Shown here: positions 38,341 through 51,049 of the stretch, piece after piece
Layout of the letters: the number at the start of each line of letters is the position of its first letter
How positions within the stretch are numbered: the stretch's first letter is position 1
DNA from: Lama guanicoe
Lineage: Eukaryota
Assembly (NCBI GenBank): GCA_013239625.1
Contig: MU054187.1
Span: 20,056,897-20,120,896, forward strand
DNA length: 64,000 nucleotides
Direction: 5' to 3'
Program-made: the position numbers and the translations under genes
Notes under the pieces: generated by a model
Seen by the model: the letters and a program-made list of their open reading frames with translations, nothing else
Database searches by the model: none
What the model was told of the DNA's origin: nothing

Positions 38341-39784
38341 GGAAGACAGAGGTTCTGGAAATCTTCCATGCTAACATCAGCTAAAGACTCAAGTCATGGT
38401 GTCAGAAATTTTACCGGGAACCCTAGAATTTGGAGAGAGTTCAAGAACTAGAAAATGGTGACCAGGTCCTACCATATTTAAAAAGGGACAAAACTTAACA
38501 TTTCTAGATAATTCTCTGCTTCAAAAAGTAGTAAAGATGTTTCTTAGATAAAAGAATTATATTTTCAATGATATACCAGCAGAACAGCAGATACTAACTC
38601 AATGGAGTATTTTGTTATTCCCTCTTCTCTTAACGTTGTCACACTCTTTAGTTGGTTTAATTGCACTAATACTATTTAACCAGAACTCCCTCTGACATTG
38701 CACTCAGATTTATGTTTAACTTTGTACCAGTTTCTATTGGCCTGATGATCAGGCATAACTCCTCTTTCTCACCAGTCTTCCCCTCAAATGGAGCCCGAAT
38801 AGCTTCTGAAGACTTGGAAGAAATTAACTAATGCTCCCCACACCAGTGCGTTCCAAACACTGGAGTGACAGTTGTCTTAATTTCTTGGGGGTGGCGTGCC
38901 CAAGGAGGAAAACAGTATTTAAAGAACATTGTTTAAAATACATTAAAATTATCTTAGTCCAATAGCCTACCTTCGTGAAAGAATTGAACACAAACACCTG
39001 TTGCAAGCCAGACTGTGCTCTAGGCTTTAACGCCCTCCTTCCGTTTCTTGCTCCAATGTTTGATATCCTACTGCCATTAAGCTCTTTTTTATTTATTTGT
39101 TTTATTTTATTTTTAAATTTTTTTCTTTTTCAATGAAGTTCTTTATTTAGTGGCTTCAAGTTTCAAGGTACTCAAGTCCTCCTAAGCTCTCTTCAATCTT
39201 TTGTTTGCTTTCTAGTGATCAATCCACATGTATTTTATTCTGTCTAAATGATTTATTATTCAATGAACATGTCTTGGCTTCTATAAATTATTCCTCTTTA
39301 GTTTAGTGGAGGGTCATTGGTTTAACCTGCAGCGGCTGTCTGTCTAAGCTCTGCTGGCCTTGACACCATTTGACCTCCACATGCAGCTCTTCTTCAGATC
39401 AAGTGCTACTGAGTTCAGAGGAAAGGGTATGCGTTCACGAAAGGGCAGTGTAGAGTGGTTCACACAACATTTTCAGTTCTTCTCACACCTATTCCTGAGT
39501 GAATCTTCATGAGTGGATGTGACTCTGTCTCAGCGTAGAGAGATCTTTATCAGCATCATCACAGATCACTGCTGTATCTGTTGCTGAGTCTCACTGTGTC
39601 TAACTTCTATGGAATTTCAGAATATCAACCTTTTCCTTGGATGAAATGACCAATCCAAGATTGAAGGAAGGGGGCAAAACCTGGCAGAAGTCTTCTGGTG
39701 CTTCTGCAGTATGTGCATAAACAGAATGAGGAAAGGCTAGCTTCCTGTTGCTAAGATTAGCAAAAAGAAGTTCATCCACTTGCT

Positions 39785-40100
39785 AGGGATTGTGGTGTAA
39801 TGCAGTGGGGGGAATCAAAGAGCTAGAAGACCTGATTTCTAGCCCAAATCTGTTACAGCCTAGTTTGGTGCCTCTCAATTTTTATTAAGTGTTTTATAAA
39901 TCACCCGGGGGTCCTGTTAAACTGCAGTTTCTCCTTCAGTAGTCCTGGGGTAGGAGCGAGATTCAGACTTTCCTACAAGTTCCTAGGTGATGTTGGTCTT
40001 TGGGTAGCAAGAGCTTGATTCACTTTGAAGAAGTCCTTCATCCTTTTTGAGTTTATTCTTTTTTTATAATTTACAAAATAAAATGGTTGGACTTGGTAGT
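39785..40100 (+). mobile_element. MIR interrupted by a MER5A-like element (~39870-40012)
   Basis: agaagacctgatttctagccc before; aatcacccggggg...ttcagtagtcctggggtagg...acaagttcctaggtgatg within. Confidence 0.55.
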
Positions 40101-40797
40101 ATGCAAGGGATGTGAACAGCATGAGCCCTTAGTATATCTATTAAGGTATATTAAACTATATCCTTTGTTGATTTGGTCTTAAATTTACTTAAGAAGAGAA
40201 TTTGGTTCCTTACTTCTTTTCATGCCCCGAAAAAGCTTGAATCACAGTTAAGGAAATAATTGAGATTAATGAAAAATTTTCTTTTCATAATTAAACTACA
40301 AGCCATAACTTTCTGATACAGAAACATACTAAGGAAACAATTGAATATCTATATGCTGTATAAGTACATATGGTCTTTAAACACATATATATTTCATGAA
40401 AAATATAAATATATATACATACACATGTAAGAGAATATATATGTGTATGTATATTTATTTTTGATTTTTTTTGCTCTTGCAGATTTCACATTTGAGTTTT
40501 AATATTACAATCTGTCTTTGCCATGAGACAGGGAGTGGTTTTGCAAATTGTTAGATATTCAACAATACAATAGAAAATAATATAAAGCTTTTGCAAAGTG
40601 AAAGGGTGACTATTGTAATAGATGCAATATTCTGTGAAGTCAATAAAAGTAATATGAAAGAACTGCTCAGATCACAACAAACCCAATGACAAATGAAAGA
40701 CTATCCATCTACACCAGCTAATAACTGAAGAAAAGGAAAGGAAACAGAGTTGATGAAAAATAGGTAAGTAAAGTAGAATGACTTAACCTTTGATGGT

Positions 40798-41020
40798 TAT
40801 TTTTAACATTTTATGGAAAGCTTTATAAACATTAAAATGCAAAATAAACCTGTATACCAATCCCCCAACTTGAGAAATTTTAATATTTTTACTCGCTGTG
40901 TTTAACCCATTCCCTGTTCTCCCACCAACTCATTTTTTATGAGGGTTGGATTATTTTAAATCAAATGCTAAATATATTAACTTGCAAATATTATTTTAAT
41001 ACATTTATTACAATATTAGA
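40798..41020 (-). mobile_element. Ancient L1MC/ME 3' end fragment
   Basis: ttttatggaaagctttataaacat...aataaacctgtatacc...ggattattttaaatcaaat. Confidence 0.4.
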
Positions 41021-41098
41021 AATCTTTCAATAAAAGATTGCTCTTTCAAGACAATATTTTATTTGTGTGTGTAGTTCTGAAACAACATTGCATAAATC

Positions 41099-41302
41099 CA
41101 GGGCTGTTCTGGTAGATGTTTTAACAGTTGACTGTCTGAAAACAACAAAACCAAATAAAAACCATTGGTTTGCTGCATTTACAATTTCTCTGGTGTAAAT
41201 ACTTCCACTGCGGCTGATTTGACATTATGAAATGTGGATTTGAAAAGAGATGCTTAGAACCATCCGCTGGAGCCAAAATAAGCTGACTTCAGCACACCAC
41301 TG
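41099..41302 (-). mobile_element. MER63A hAT-Blackjack element
   Basis: ctggtagatgttttaacag...ggtgtaaatacttccactgcggctgattt...ttcagcacaccactg terminus. Confidence 0.8.
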
Positions 41303-43411
41303 TAGAAAACCAGGTTTGGGCACATAAATGTATATTTCCATCTGCAGCTCAAATATTAAAGTCCTGAGTCATTTTTGAATATAATAAGAATATCTTATCT
41401 CTGTAAATCTCTTAATTTACGCCAGCAAGTTATCAAAGTATTTCTGCCAATAGCCTGCATGAGAAGTGTGAAATGTGCCAGGAGTACTGATTTCTTAATT
41501 AAATTAAATATTATCAAACATCCCTATCATGGCACCTTGTGGGCAGTTGATAAAAAGTGTTCAAGGAACAAATAAAATTCTGCAATATGTAAATGAAGTT
41601 ATAAGGATGCGAAAATACATATTCTCTTTCACATGTAATTGAGGCAGAGAATTGAGTATTTTATTTAAAATAACATTCTTAAGTTACATAGGTGATTTAT
41701 ATTCAAAACCTAAAATGCTTGGGGCTGTTTGGTTTTCAGGCACATGAGTCATCTAAAATCAAGAGATGGAAAGCCGGGGGGATATGATGTTAAATAATGC
41801 ATGAGTGATATAATTTTATTGTGTATCTCATTAGTAAAAATGCTGCAGGAGACAGTAATGTTAAAAAAAAGCTTTTTTTAGACACCATTTTTCAGCATCA
41901 TCACATTTAAAGAGGCAGTTTTCAGACACCTGATGGGAAATCATATGAAGTTATAATGCAGTACAGACAGTTGCTATTCTGTGGATCAAAAGGAAAATCA
42001 TGAATCTCATTTTCCCTTCCAGCTTCAGTCTCTTTCTCTCTCTTTATTTCCTCTCTTTTTAATCTTCTTCAACAAACAATTTTAAATCTCCTCCATCTAA
42101 TAAAATGTAAATTATCTCCTGGGCTTAAAGTCATTAGAGCAGTTTTATTAGTTCTTGAATGGTACAGCATTCTGGTATGGAACTGGGTTATATAAATAAT
42201 CATCTTTTTCCTTATCTTCTGACTTCCATCTATAATGAATGGTCTACATCACCTTACCTTACAGACAATCATTTCTTCATAAACAAATATGTGATCTGGT
42301 ATAGATGTGGCTGAGTGTCCTGAAAAACCAATATATTGATTTGCTGCTTTTTAAAGCCTGTGATTTCATGCCTAACACTTGGCGTTGTAACCATGGTATC
42401 TGCAGTTAGATGCTGGATCCAGAAACACCAATAGAAGGATTGTTTCTTGGCTCTGTTGTGTATGCTCAGGAACTCTAAAAGGGGCAAATTGTGAGAGCAC
42501 ATAAAAAGATTGTATATAATAAAGGCATGTATTGTATTGAAAAAAATACTTTAGGGAATTTCTTATTTACCAGAGCTCTTACCAGAAAAATAAGGACAAG
42601 CATGTTAGTATGTTTTAAACATGAATCTTGGTTTTTTAGTTTCTCTTCAAGTAAAAATATATCAGCTGGATTTTCCTGTTTCTTGATTAAGAGAGACATA
42701 CAGGGAGGAATAATTGAGCTGTATCTTTCCAGTTTGTGGATTTTGATAAAAGACACACACATGTGTGCACGTACACAGGTAAAATATAAATGTAACGTTT
42801 GTAAATATCAGATACCAAAGCATTAAAAAAAAATCCCAGTGTGTTGATCAGACTGTGTGGTGGAGTCTGTTTTTAGTTTTACTTTTTGCTGCTCAGTGTC
42901 TGAATCTGACAACTTCCCAATCTACCTTTAGGAATGTTTTCCATTCACTGGTGTTTTGTTGGGGAAATTAATCCAGGTGCTCTACCTCCAGTCGGCAGAA
43001 CGTAGAGGGGTTCCTGCAAACTCCTTCGGCCAAATCGCTCCTATCAGTGCTCGCCGGTCCCCACAGTCAAACTTGAGGGCCGGGCAGTCCCGTGATCTAA
43101 TCTTAAGCAATAAGACTTTTTCTCTCAGGAATTCTGAATGCGACTTCACACAAGAGATGAAACCAGGGACCAATTTTATCCTCGTTGTTTTCAATGTACA
43201 TTGACTAGTGTCCTGTTTTTTCCTGGTTAAGGCTTGAGTCTTCACTTTTACAATAATCCAAAGATCCATCAATGGACTTAAAGATGCAATTTACTCAAGA
43301 AGGCATTTAACTACTTCCTTACAGAACAGAGACAAGCTGCTTTGTGATTTAAAGTAATTCCCTCCAGTTCTTTTTTTCCTTTTTGTCCACTTCATATAAT
43401 AAATAGGTATT

Positions 43412-43869
43412 TTTAAAATTTTCTATTGCAGTTGATTTACAATGTTAGTTTCAGGTGTACAGCAAAGTGATTCAGTTATACATATGCATACATTTTTTTT
43501 TCTTTTCAGATTCTTTTCCATTATATGTTATTACAAGAAATTGAATACATTTACCAGTGCTATACAATAGGCCTTTGTTGCTTATCTGTTTTATATATAG
43601 TAATATATATCTGTTAATCCCAAACTCTTAATTTATCCATCCCTGCCCTTTCCTTTGGTGACCACAGTTTGTTTTCTAGGTCTGTTGAGTCTGCTTTTGG
43701 TTTATAAATAGGATTTGTATCATTTTTTTTTTAGATTCCACATATTAATATCATCTAATATTTATCTTTTTCTGTTTGACTTACTTCACGTAGTATGTTA
43801 ATCTCTAGGTCCATCCATGATGCTGTAAATGGCATTATTTCATTCTTTTTTGTAGCTGAGTAATATTGC

Positions 43870-43903
<34 letters not shown>

Positions 43904-44104
43904 ACATCTTCTTTACCCAGTCATCTGTTGATGGACATTTCGATTGCTTCCATATCTTGCCTATTGTAAATAGTGCTGCTGTGAACATTGGGGTGCAGGT
44001 ATCTTTTCAAATTATAGTTTCTTCCAGATATATGCCCAGGAGCACCAACTTGCATTCTCACCAACAGTACAGGACTGATCCTTTTTCTCTATACCCTCTC
44101 CAGC
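43412..44104 (-). mobile_element. 5'-truncated L1 with an internal (GT)15 and a ~75-bp internal deletion
   Basis: Antisense L1 3'UTR and ORF2 end; TSD aataaata(g/a)gtatt at 43398-43411 and 44105-44118. Confidence 0.9.
43873..43902 (+). repeat. (GT)15 microsatellite
   Basis: Perfect dinucleotide run. Confidence 0.95.
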
Positions 44105-44170
44105 AATAAATAAGTATTATGATAGGAAAGAAAACATGGTATATTTACACCTTGGATCACAAGTCTCTGA

Positions 44171-44187
44171 TGCTGCCATCTGGTGAC
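44171..44187 (-). promoter_or_regulatory. Candidate CTCF site
   Basis: Reverse complement GTCACCAGATGGCAGCA fits the CTCF core; motif match only. Confidence 0.45.
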
Positions 44188-44479
44188 AATATCTGTCTGG
44201 AGGCCATTTATGAAGTGAGACATCCTGGGACTCTTCCGGGTTGCTGGAACTGCATAGGGTCAGAGGCTGGGACTAAGATGTTATGTTAAGCCAGACTTAA
44301 TGCCAATAGGTGGTTAACTGACATACTTATTGACCATGTTCTATGAAACCCTTTATGAACCATATGATTCTGGGCAAAAAGATCACATATTCTTTAAGAT
44401 TCATCATATTATTCATTAAAGAGAAAAATTTTTTTTCCTTTGGTTTGGTTTTGTGAAATTGACTAAACGTTCTATAGTC

Positions 44480-44625
44480 TAAGCTATTTTTGGTTCAATA
44501 AATATTCTAGTTTCACCTTGGATAAGTCACTTAACTGGGACCTTATTTTTCTTTACCTATAATAAAATCTAGGCTAATTATCCATGTAACAATGTGGTTA
44601 GTCTACGAGTTAAAGCACTTGGCGT
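44480..44625 (+). mobile_element. MIR fragment
   Basis: accttggataagtcacttaactgggacc...ttttctttacctataat...taaagcactt. Confidence 0.55.
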
Positions 44626-46267
44626 TTTCTAGTTAAAATGAAATATGTAGTATAATTAAACAATAATATAATGATGATTAATCCTTTTTCACAATTTAAT
44701 TATGCAATGTGTATGATTAATCATTGTAATTTAAAGGGTATAATAAGCAAGTAGAATAATTATGTATAATGGAACATGAGGTGTAGGTTAAATGGTATAT
44801 ATTAAAATTACTCACAAGTATCCTGGAAAAATTATGAAATGATGTTACTGAATATGCCTTTAACGTAATTAGTCTCAAGATTTTATATGTAAAAGGCAAG
44901 CATTCCTCTCCCTTGCACCAGGCAAGGAAGCTTTCTCTTGTTTTCTCTATCTTCTTTCTCCAGCTGAGTGTATATTTTAAATGCTCTGCATTTTAAAATC
45001 AAGTCTTCTAAAAAGGGAGCAGAAAGAAATCTGAGATTTTTGGAAGGACAGACAGGGTCAACTCTCCTGGTAGAATGTTTAATGCTAGTCTTAATTTGAA
45101 CAAACTATTTAAATATAGACAGCTTCTATCAAACCAGCACCTGACCTTTAATTACCTGAGTTTTAAAAATTTTATTTTAGCAAAAGAGAAGCATTCAGTG
45201 AAAGGATGAGATCCAACATTCCCTGTGGTTCTTGCTGCTTCATATTGAGAGGTGATTATTAACATTTTCCCTCTGTCATGGTACACAGGAGAAAGGATAT
45301 CTGCTTATTCATTACTTTATTTATCCATTCAGAAAATATATGAATTATATCCATGCTTCATTTAAACATCCAGTGGATGAAATCTACAACTACAAAACGT
45401 CCACATTGCTATCCAGTGCCTTCCCCCATAAGGAAGATAAGTTCTCACCATCCCAAAGGGAAACTTGTGCTATAAATCACAGCTACATTTTCAATAGAGG
45501 GTACTGGGGGAAAAAAAACCCTCAAATTACTTATAATATACTGAGCTTAATTTGCTGAATTAAGTCTACTTTGAGATCTTTTTAGCCTATTTCAGGAAAT
45601 TAACTGACATTAGTAACATCATTTCAATGGGAAAAACATACAAGTTTCCAGACAAATGACTGAGAGTTTAATATGGTAAAACAACTAGTGGTAAGTTAGG
45701 GTCTGGCTATTCTAAGACATGGACCACAAGGATCATCACATCTTCACAGGGGTAATAAGGTGTAAGTAGCATTTTCCTGCTTTAATATCCTAGAATCCAT
45801 GATACTCAACTTGAGAACAGTGCTTCATTAAGTAACTAAACAACAACAATAAAAAGATTTGAAGAGCGAGTGTCATTTGTGATGTCTGCAGGGGATTATT
45901 CCTGCATCGGCAGGAATCAAGCATGTTTCTAGAAAGGCACGTAAGCAACCCAAGGTGACAGGTCCCGAGCTGAGTCTTGCTACTGTGAGTTTTGCTAAAA
46001 CATAGCATCAGGCAGTGCAGCAGGGCTGGGAGTCCTGGGAAGAGCTGCAGACAATGCACTTCTCACGAGATACTGGTACAGCTCCGTGGAGGGGTGGGCA
46101 CATGCAGTCAGAAGGAGAGAAGAGGAAACAGGAACTGAAAAAGGAGATGAAACTAGAGCAAATGCCGCCCAGACAGATTCCACTGCCCAACAAGAGGCAG
46201 TTGCATTTGGCTCCAGGGAATGTCTTGATATCTCCACCTATTTCTGCTCACTTTGCCATCAGTATAA

Positions 46268-46481
46268 ATTTATTTATTTATGTATTTATTTATTTATGTG
46301 TTTATTTATTTAATGTATTATTGACATAGTTGGTTTACAGTCTTGTGTTAGTTTCTGGTGTATAGCATAGTGATTCAGTTATACATATATATATTCTTTT
46401 TCCTGTTCTTTTCATTATAGGTTATTACAAGCTATTAAATCTACTTTCCTGTGCTATATAGTAGGACCTTGTTTTTTATTT
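46268..46481 (-). mobile_element. L1 3' end with (TTTA)n-type tail
   Basis: gtttctggtgtatagcatagtgattcagttatacat...ctgtgctatatagtaggacctt. Confidence 0.85.
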
Positions 46482-46599
46482 AGGATGATCTTTTAATAAT
46501 AAAAAAATAGACTTGCTTATGAAATTATTCTCTTTGTCTGACAAGGATGAATGTGGTCATAAATGTTTTTGACCCATTGCCTATCTATGGAACACAAAA

Positions 46600-46900
46600 T
46601 TGCACGTGGGCTCATTGTTCTAGTCTAGCTAGGGGAATAGTTCTAAAGATGCATAATAGTACAAGGTGTGGCTGGGACTTGCTAAATTCGTACTGCAAAC
46701 CCTACCTGCTATGAAAGTCCAGAACAAACTGACATCTAGGCAAGCTTCACTTTGCAAGCCGTGCTTGAGTCGAGCTTTGAAGGAAGGCTCTAGTTTAGAA
46801 TTCAGGGCAGGAGAAGGTGTTCCCAGGGAGTGGTGATACTGAGTAAGGGTCAGGAGGCATGGTGTGTAGGCCAAGCCAGAAGGATAATGGGCGGATCATT
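46600..46900 (-). mobile_element. L2 fragment
   Basis: ttgagtcgagctttgaaggaagg...aggtgttcccagggag...ggaggcatggtgtg. Confidence 0.45.
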
Positions 46901-47078
46901 TTGATGAAGAGAGGAGTTCCACTGGACAGAAACCTGGTATTCCTTATATTGGGCCAGAATTCGTCATTTTTGGCTTTGATTTCCTTTCTCTCCCAGTCGT
47001 GATGGCTTATTCTCTACAATTATTAGTTTGCTAGAGCATAAATGGGTTTTCGTGCATTCATTCATTCAATTTGGAATA

Positions 47079-47399
47079 GGTGATGGTCCATTTTGTATAT
47101 CAACTTGACCAGGCTGTAGTCCCCAGTTATTCAATCAAGCACTGATCTTGCCGTTGCTGTGAAGGTGTTTTGTGTTACAGAGCCTAACAACTGCTTCCTA
47201 GAGGAAGAAGAAATTCTGCCTCTGGATAGTGGCTTTGATTCAGTGCCTGAGAGTTCCAGCCTGCCCTTCCTGATAGCTGATTTCAGATTTCCAACTTACG
47301 TAGCCAGCCCCCTCCCAATCACAGAAGCCAATTCTTTACAACAAGTCTCTTAATATTTATTTCACACTGGTTCTGTTTCTCTGGTGGAACCCTGAGACA
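47079..47399 (+). mobile_element. MLT2 (ERVL) LTR, MLT2C/D-like, internally deleted
   Basis: gtgatggtccattttgtatatcaacttgacc...gaagaagaaattctgcctc...ctggttctgtttctctggtggaaccctga. Confidence 0.8.
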
Positions 47400-48934
47400 A
47401 AATGCCTTAACAAATGGATTTGGGGCAAGCGAGATGTCATGGAAAATTACTGTAATACTTTAGTAGGAAGATGTTTTGTGAAAAGTGGGGCTTGGAAAAG
47501 ATTCAATCTGGTGATAATGCACAGGGTAAATTGCACAGAGAATATGTGTTGGAGGCAACCTGACTAGAATGTTGAGCTCACTCACATGTCTTAGTTTTAT
47601 AGAACTGGACACGGAGTGTGGGATTCCTGCTGAAAGAAACAAGGGACCTGAGGAATCAGAGTCACAACTGAAGTTAAAGTCTGTTAGGAAAAAATCTGAC
47701 AATTGAAAATATCCTGGAGATACCAAATCTAAATGCATCCAAAGTAGAAATCTTGGTGGCAGGTGTTTTGGAACCAGGTGGAGATAAATTCAAGGCTGGA
47801 GCACATCAGAGGTGGAAAGAACCACTGACATTGTGGTTCATGGAAAATTCAAATTGTCTTAAAGCGCCAAGGATGGGATAAGAGTGAAAGTACTAAAACA
47901 GGTTAAGATGCCATAGCAATGGATCATCAATGATACAGCACATGGCTTAATTAAGGCAGTGTTGAAAATGAGAAAGAATGAGACAGAGGAAGGTGACATT
48001 AAAAAAGAAAAAATAATCATATTTGCAGAAAAATTACTACATCAATAGAAAAAAAGGAAAGCAATGGTGCTCCCAAGATCACAAAGTATTCAAAGTATTC
48101 AGCGCTGAGACCAGCTGCACACAGAAACATACCTCTTTGTGACTCTCAACAGAGTAGTGATCAGACATGACATTAATATTCTATCGTGACTCAAATATTC
48201 TAATATCTTATGCTTCAACACAACTGTCAACATATTAAACTATTGGGCAATGACTTTAGACTGCTTTATTTCCATCTAAGTTTTCCTTGTTTCCTTTTGC
48301 TACTTTTTTTCTTTATCAGTAAACTATTTCTCTGTATGACACTAATTAAGACAGCAAATTCTCCCATGTATGGCCCTGGTTGCAGATATCATGGCCCATT
48401 TTTATTGTAAATCAAAGATAATTAAGCTTTCTTTTACTCTCAGTTTTTGACAATCCAGGGAGACCAGCCCTCTGCAGCACCGTTTCCTGTATGTGACCTC
48501 AAGTCTTTATCCCTGAAGCAATCACAAATTTGATGAGCTACCCTGGAAAATGTGGCGCTTGGGGCGTATTTTGCATCATTAGTGTATGTAAAAGAAAGGG
48601 GAACAGTGTTAATTTCAACACTCACTTTTCCAGAATATTTTTCACTTGAGATAAGGTTATCCTGTGCTACAGCTACCTGTAGACATATGTCTGGTGGCAA
48701 GCACCTATTTGATACCCCTTTAATAAATGGAATAGGCCTAAAATTCCATGAGAACATTTGAGATTAGGTATTAGAAAGATATTAAAATTGCAAACCATTA
48801 ATCAACACCACTGAGAAAGAGGCATTTAAAAAGACATTCTGAAATGCATTTTTCTAAGATGACTGAAATCAAATTCAGTTCAGAGATGACAATTCAAATG
48901 TCACCGCCTTGAAGTATTTGGCTAAATATTTGTA

Positions 48935-49160
48935 CAGTGCTTGGTACTCAGTCAGATAGACTAGCATTCCAGTTTTAGTTTTATAGAACTAATATCTACA
49001 ACATATTAGCATGTGACAATGACAAATTATTTAACCTCTTAAACCTCCATTTACCTCATCTTCAAAATGGGGAGGTGGTGAGAACAGCGTCTCCCTGTTA
49101 GAATTTTTGTGAGTAATAGAGGCGACTAAAACGTTTAGTGTCATGCTCAGTGCTGTTCCC
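48935..49160 (+). mobile_element. MIR
   Basis: gtgacaatgacaaattatttaacctc...cctcatcttcaaaatgggg. Confidence 0.65.
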
Positions 49161-50011
49161 TCTATTCTCTTGTTATTGGTACTGGTTGGTACAGTTATGC
49201 TGGCTTACCACGCCTACTTTATTGAGTAGACAGTCATTCTGAACTGGGGTTTGGAAGAAAGAAGCATGGCTGGGATTTTTCGCTGAGTATATTAACATTA
49301 GATTACAGTCATGCTACCATTGGAAAATGTGTGGTTCTCATTGTAAAGCAGTTCTCACATCTTTTCAAAAGGCTATGCTAGCTATGATGTCGAGCATGAC
49401 ACAAGTACAAGAGTGTGGACTGCCTTATAAATGGAAACTTCTTACAAAATTGCCCTTAATTCTAGTGGTCCTAGGAAGCTGCCTCCCTGAGTGGATTATT
49501 GCATAATACTTGACCAATCTAGTTGATTTCCTGAAACCCTCAAGCTTAGTTTAATGTAAAAGTTTCAGGCCATTCCCAGTACATAGGAGTTACACTTTAG
49601 ACCACTTGGCAACCTCAGGCAACTGAAGTTATTCAGAAGAGGCTGCATCTAAATGAATGAATTCCCTTGTTAGGGTTTGTGAACAGCTGTCACAGAGACC
49701 CTGCTTTGAAATGAACAAACTCTATAGATTTAAAATAAGAGTATAATTTGCCAGGAAGGTCTGCATAAAAGCTGTAGGCAAAAAGAAGGAAGAAGGAAAC
49801 ATTTCTTGTGATCTCAGTGAGTTTATATCAATTGCAGTACATATTAAAACTAAATATTAATATACACCAAAGAGAGAAAATATTAGTGATACTCATGATG
49901 GTGATGAAACAGCATATCTAACATCATTTCTCAGAAAATATCCTTGTTTTAAAAAATGTGATGAGCAAAAAATGTAACCTTACTTGTTATCAACATTAAC
50001 AAGGCATTTTC

Positions 50012-51048
50012 TTTTTACTGAATTAGAGGTGACTTAAATATTTTATTAGTTTCAGGTGTACAACATAGTGATTCAATATTTTTATAGAATACGCACCTTA
50101 TAAGGTATTATATTATTGACTATATTCCTTGTGCTGTACATCTCTGTGACATTTACTTTATAACAGGAAGTTTGTACCTCTTGATCCCCTTCACCCATTT
50201 CACCCATCCCTGCACCCGCCTCATCTCTGACAATCACTAGTTTTTCTTTCTCTGTACCTATAAGTCTGTTTCTGCTTTGTTGTATTTGTCCATCTGTTTT
50301 GTTTCTTAGATTCTACGTATAAGTGAAAACATGCAGGATTTGTATTTCTCTGTCTGACTTATTTCACTAAGCTTAATACCTTCCAGGTCCATCCATGTTG
50401 TTGCAAATGGCAAGATTTCATTCTCTCTCTATTTTTTTTTTTAATTGAAGTACAGTTGATTTACAATGTTATATTAGTTTTAGGTGTACAACAGAGTGAG
50501 TTGATACATTTACAGATTATACTCCATTTAAAATTACTATAAATATTGGGTATATTTCCTTTGTTGTGCATTATATCCTTGTATCTTATTTATTTTATAC
50601 CTAGTAATTTGTACCTCTTAATCTCCTTCTCATTGTGTCCCTCTCCCTACCCCTTTCCCCACTTAATAAGCACTAATTTGTTCTCTGTATCTTTGAGTCT
50701 GTTTCTGTTTTGCTATGCTCATTTGTTTATTTTTCAAATTATCCCACACATAAGTGAAAAAATACAGTATTTGTATTTCTTTGTCTGACTTATTTCTCTT
50801 AGTGTAATACCCTCCAAGATTATCTACATTATTGCAAATGATAAAATTTCATCCTTTTTCAGAACTGAGTATTACTTCATTGTATACATATACCACATCT
50901 TCTTCATCCATTCATCTGTGGACAGACACTTAAGTTGCTTCCATATTTTGGCTATTGTAAATAATGCTATTATGAATATTGGGTGCATGTGCCTTTTGGT
51001 ATATCCAAAGAAAACAAAAATATTTTGTTTTTTTATGACTGAGTAATA
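50012..51048 (-). mobile_element. L1 3' end (50012-50430, resuming ~51025-51048) that hosts a second L1
   Basis: Antisense 3'UTR up to gcaaatggcaagatttcattc; the expected continuation ttttttatgactgagtaata appears after the insert. Confidence 0.8.
50432..51020 (-). mobile_element. Nested L1 with a ~23-bp twin-priming inversion
   Basis: Poly-T, antisense 3'UTR to gggtgcatgtgccttt, then sense-oriented ggtatatccaaagaaaacaaaaa. Confidence 0.8.
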
Positions 51049-51049
51049 A

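Noticed and set aside
45898..45917. Perfect hairpin ATTCCTGC-ATCG-GCAGGAAT
   Set aside because: 8-bp stems are expected by chance in 64 kb and this is far too short for a pre-miRNA.
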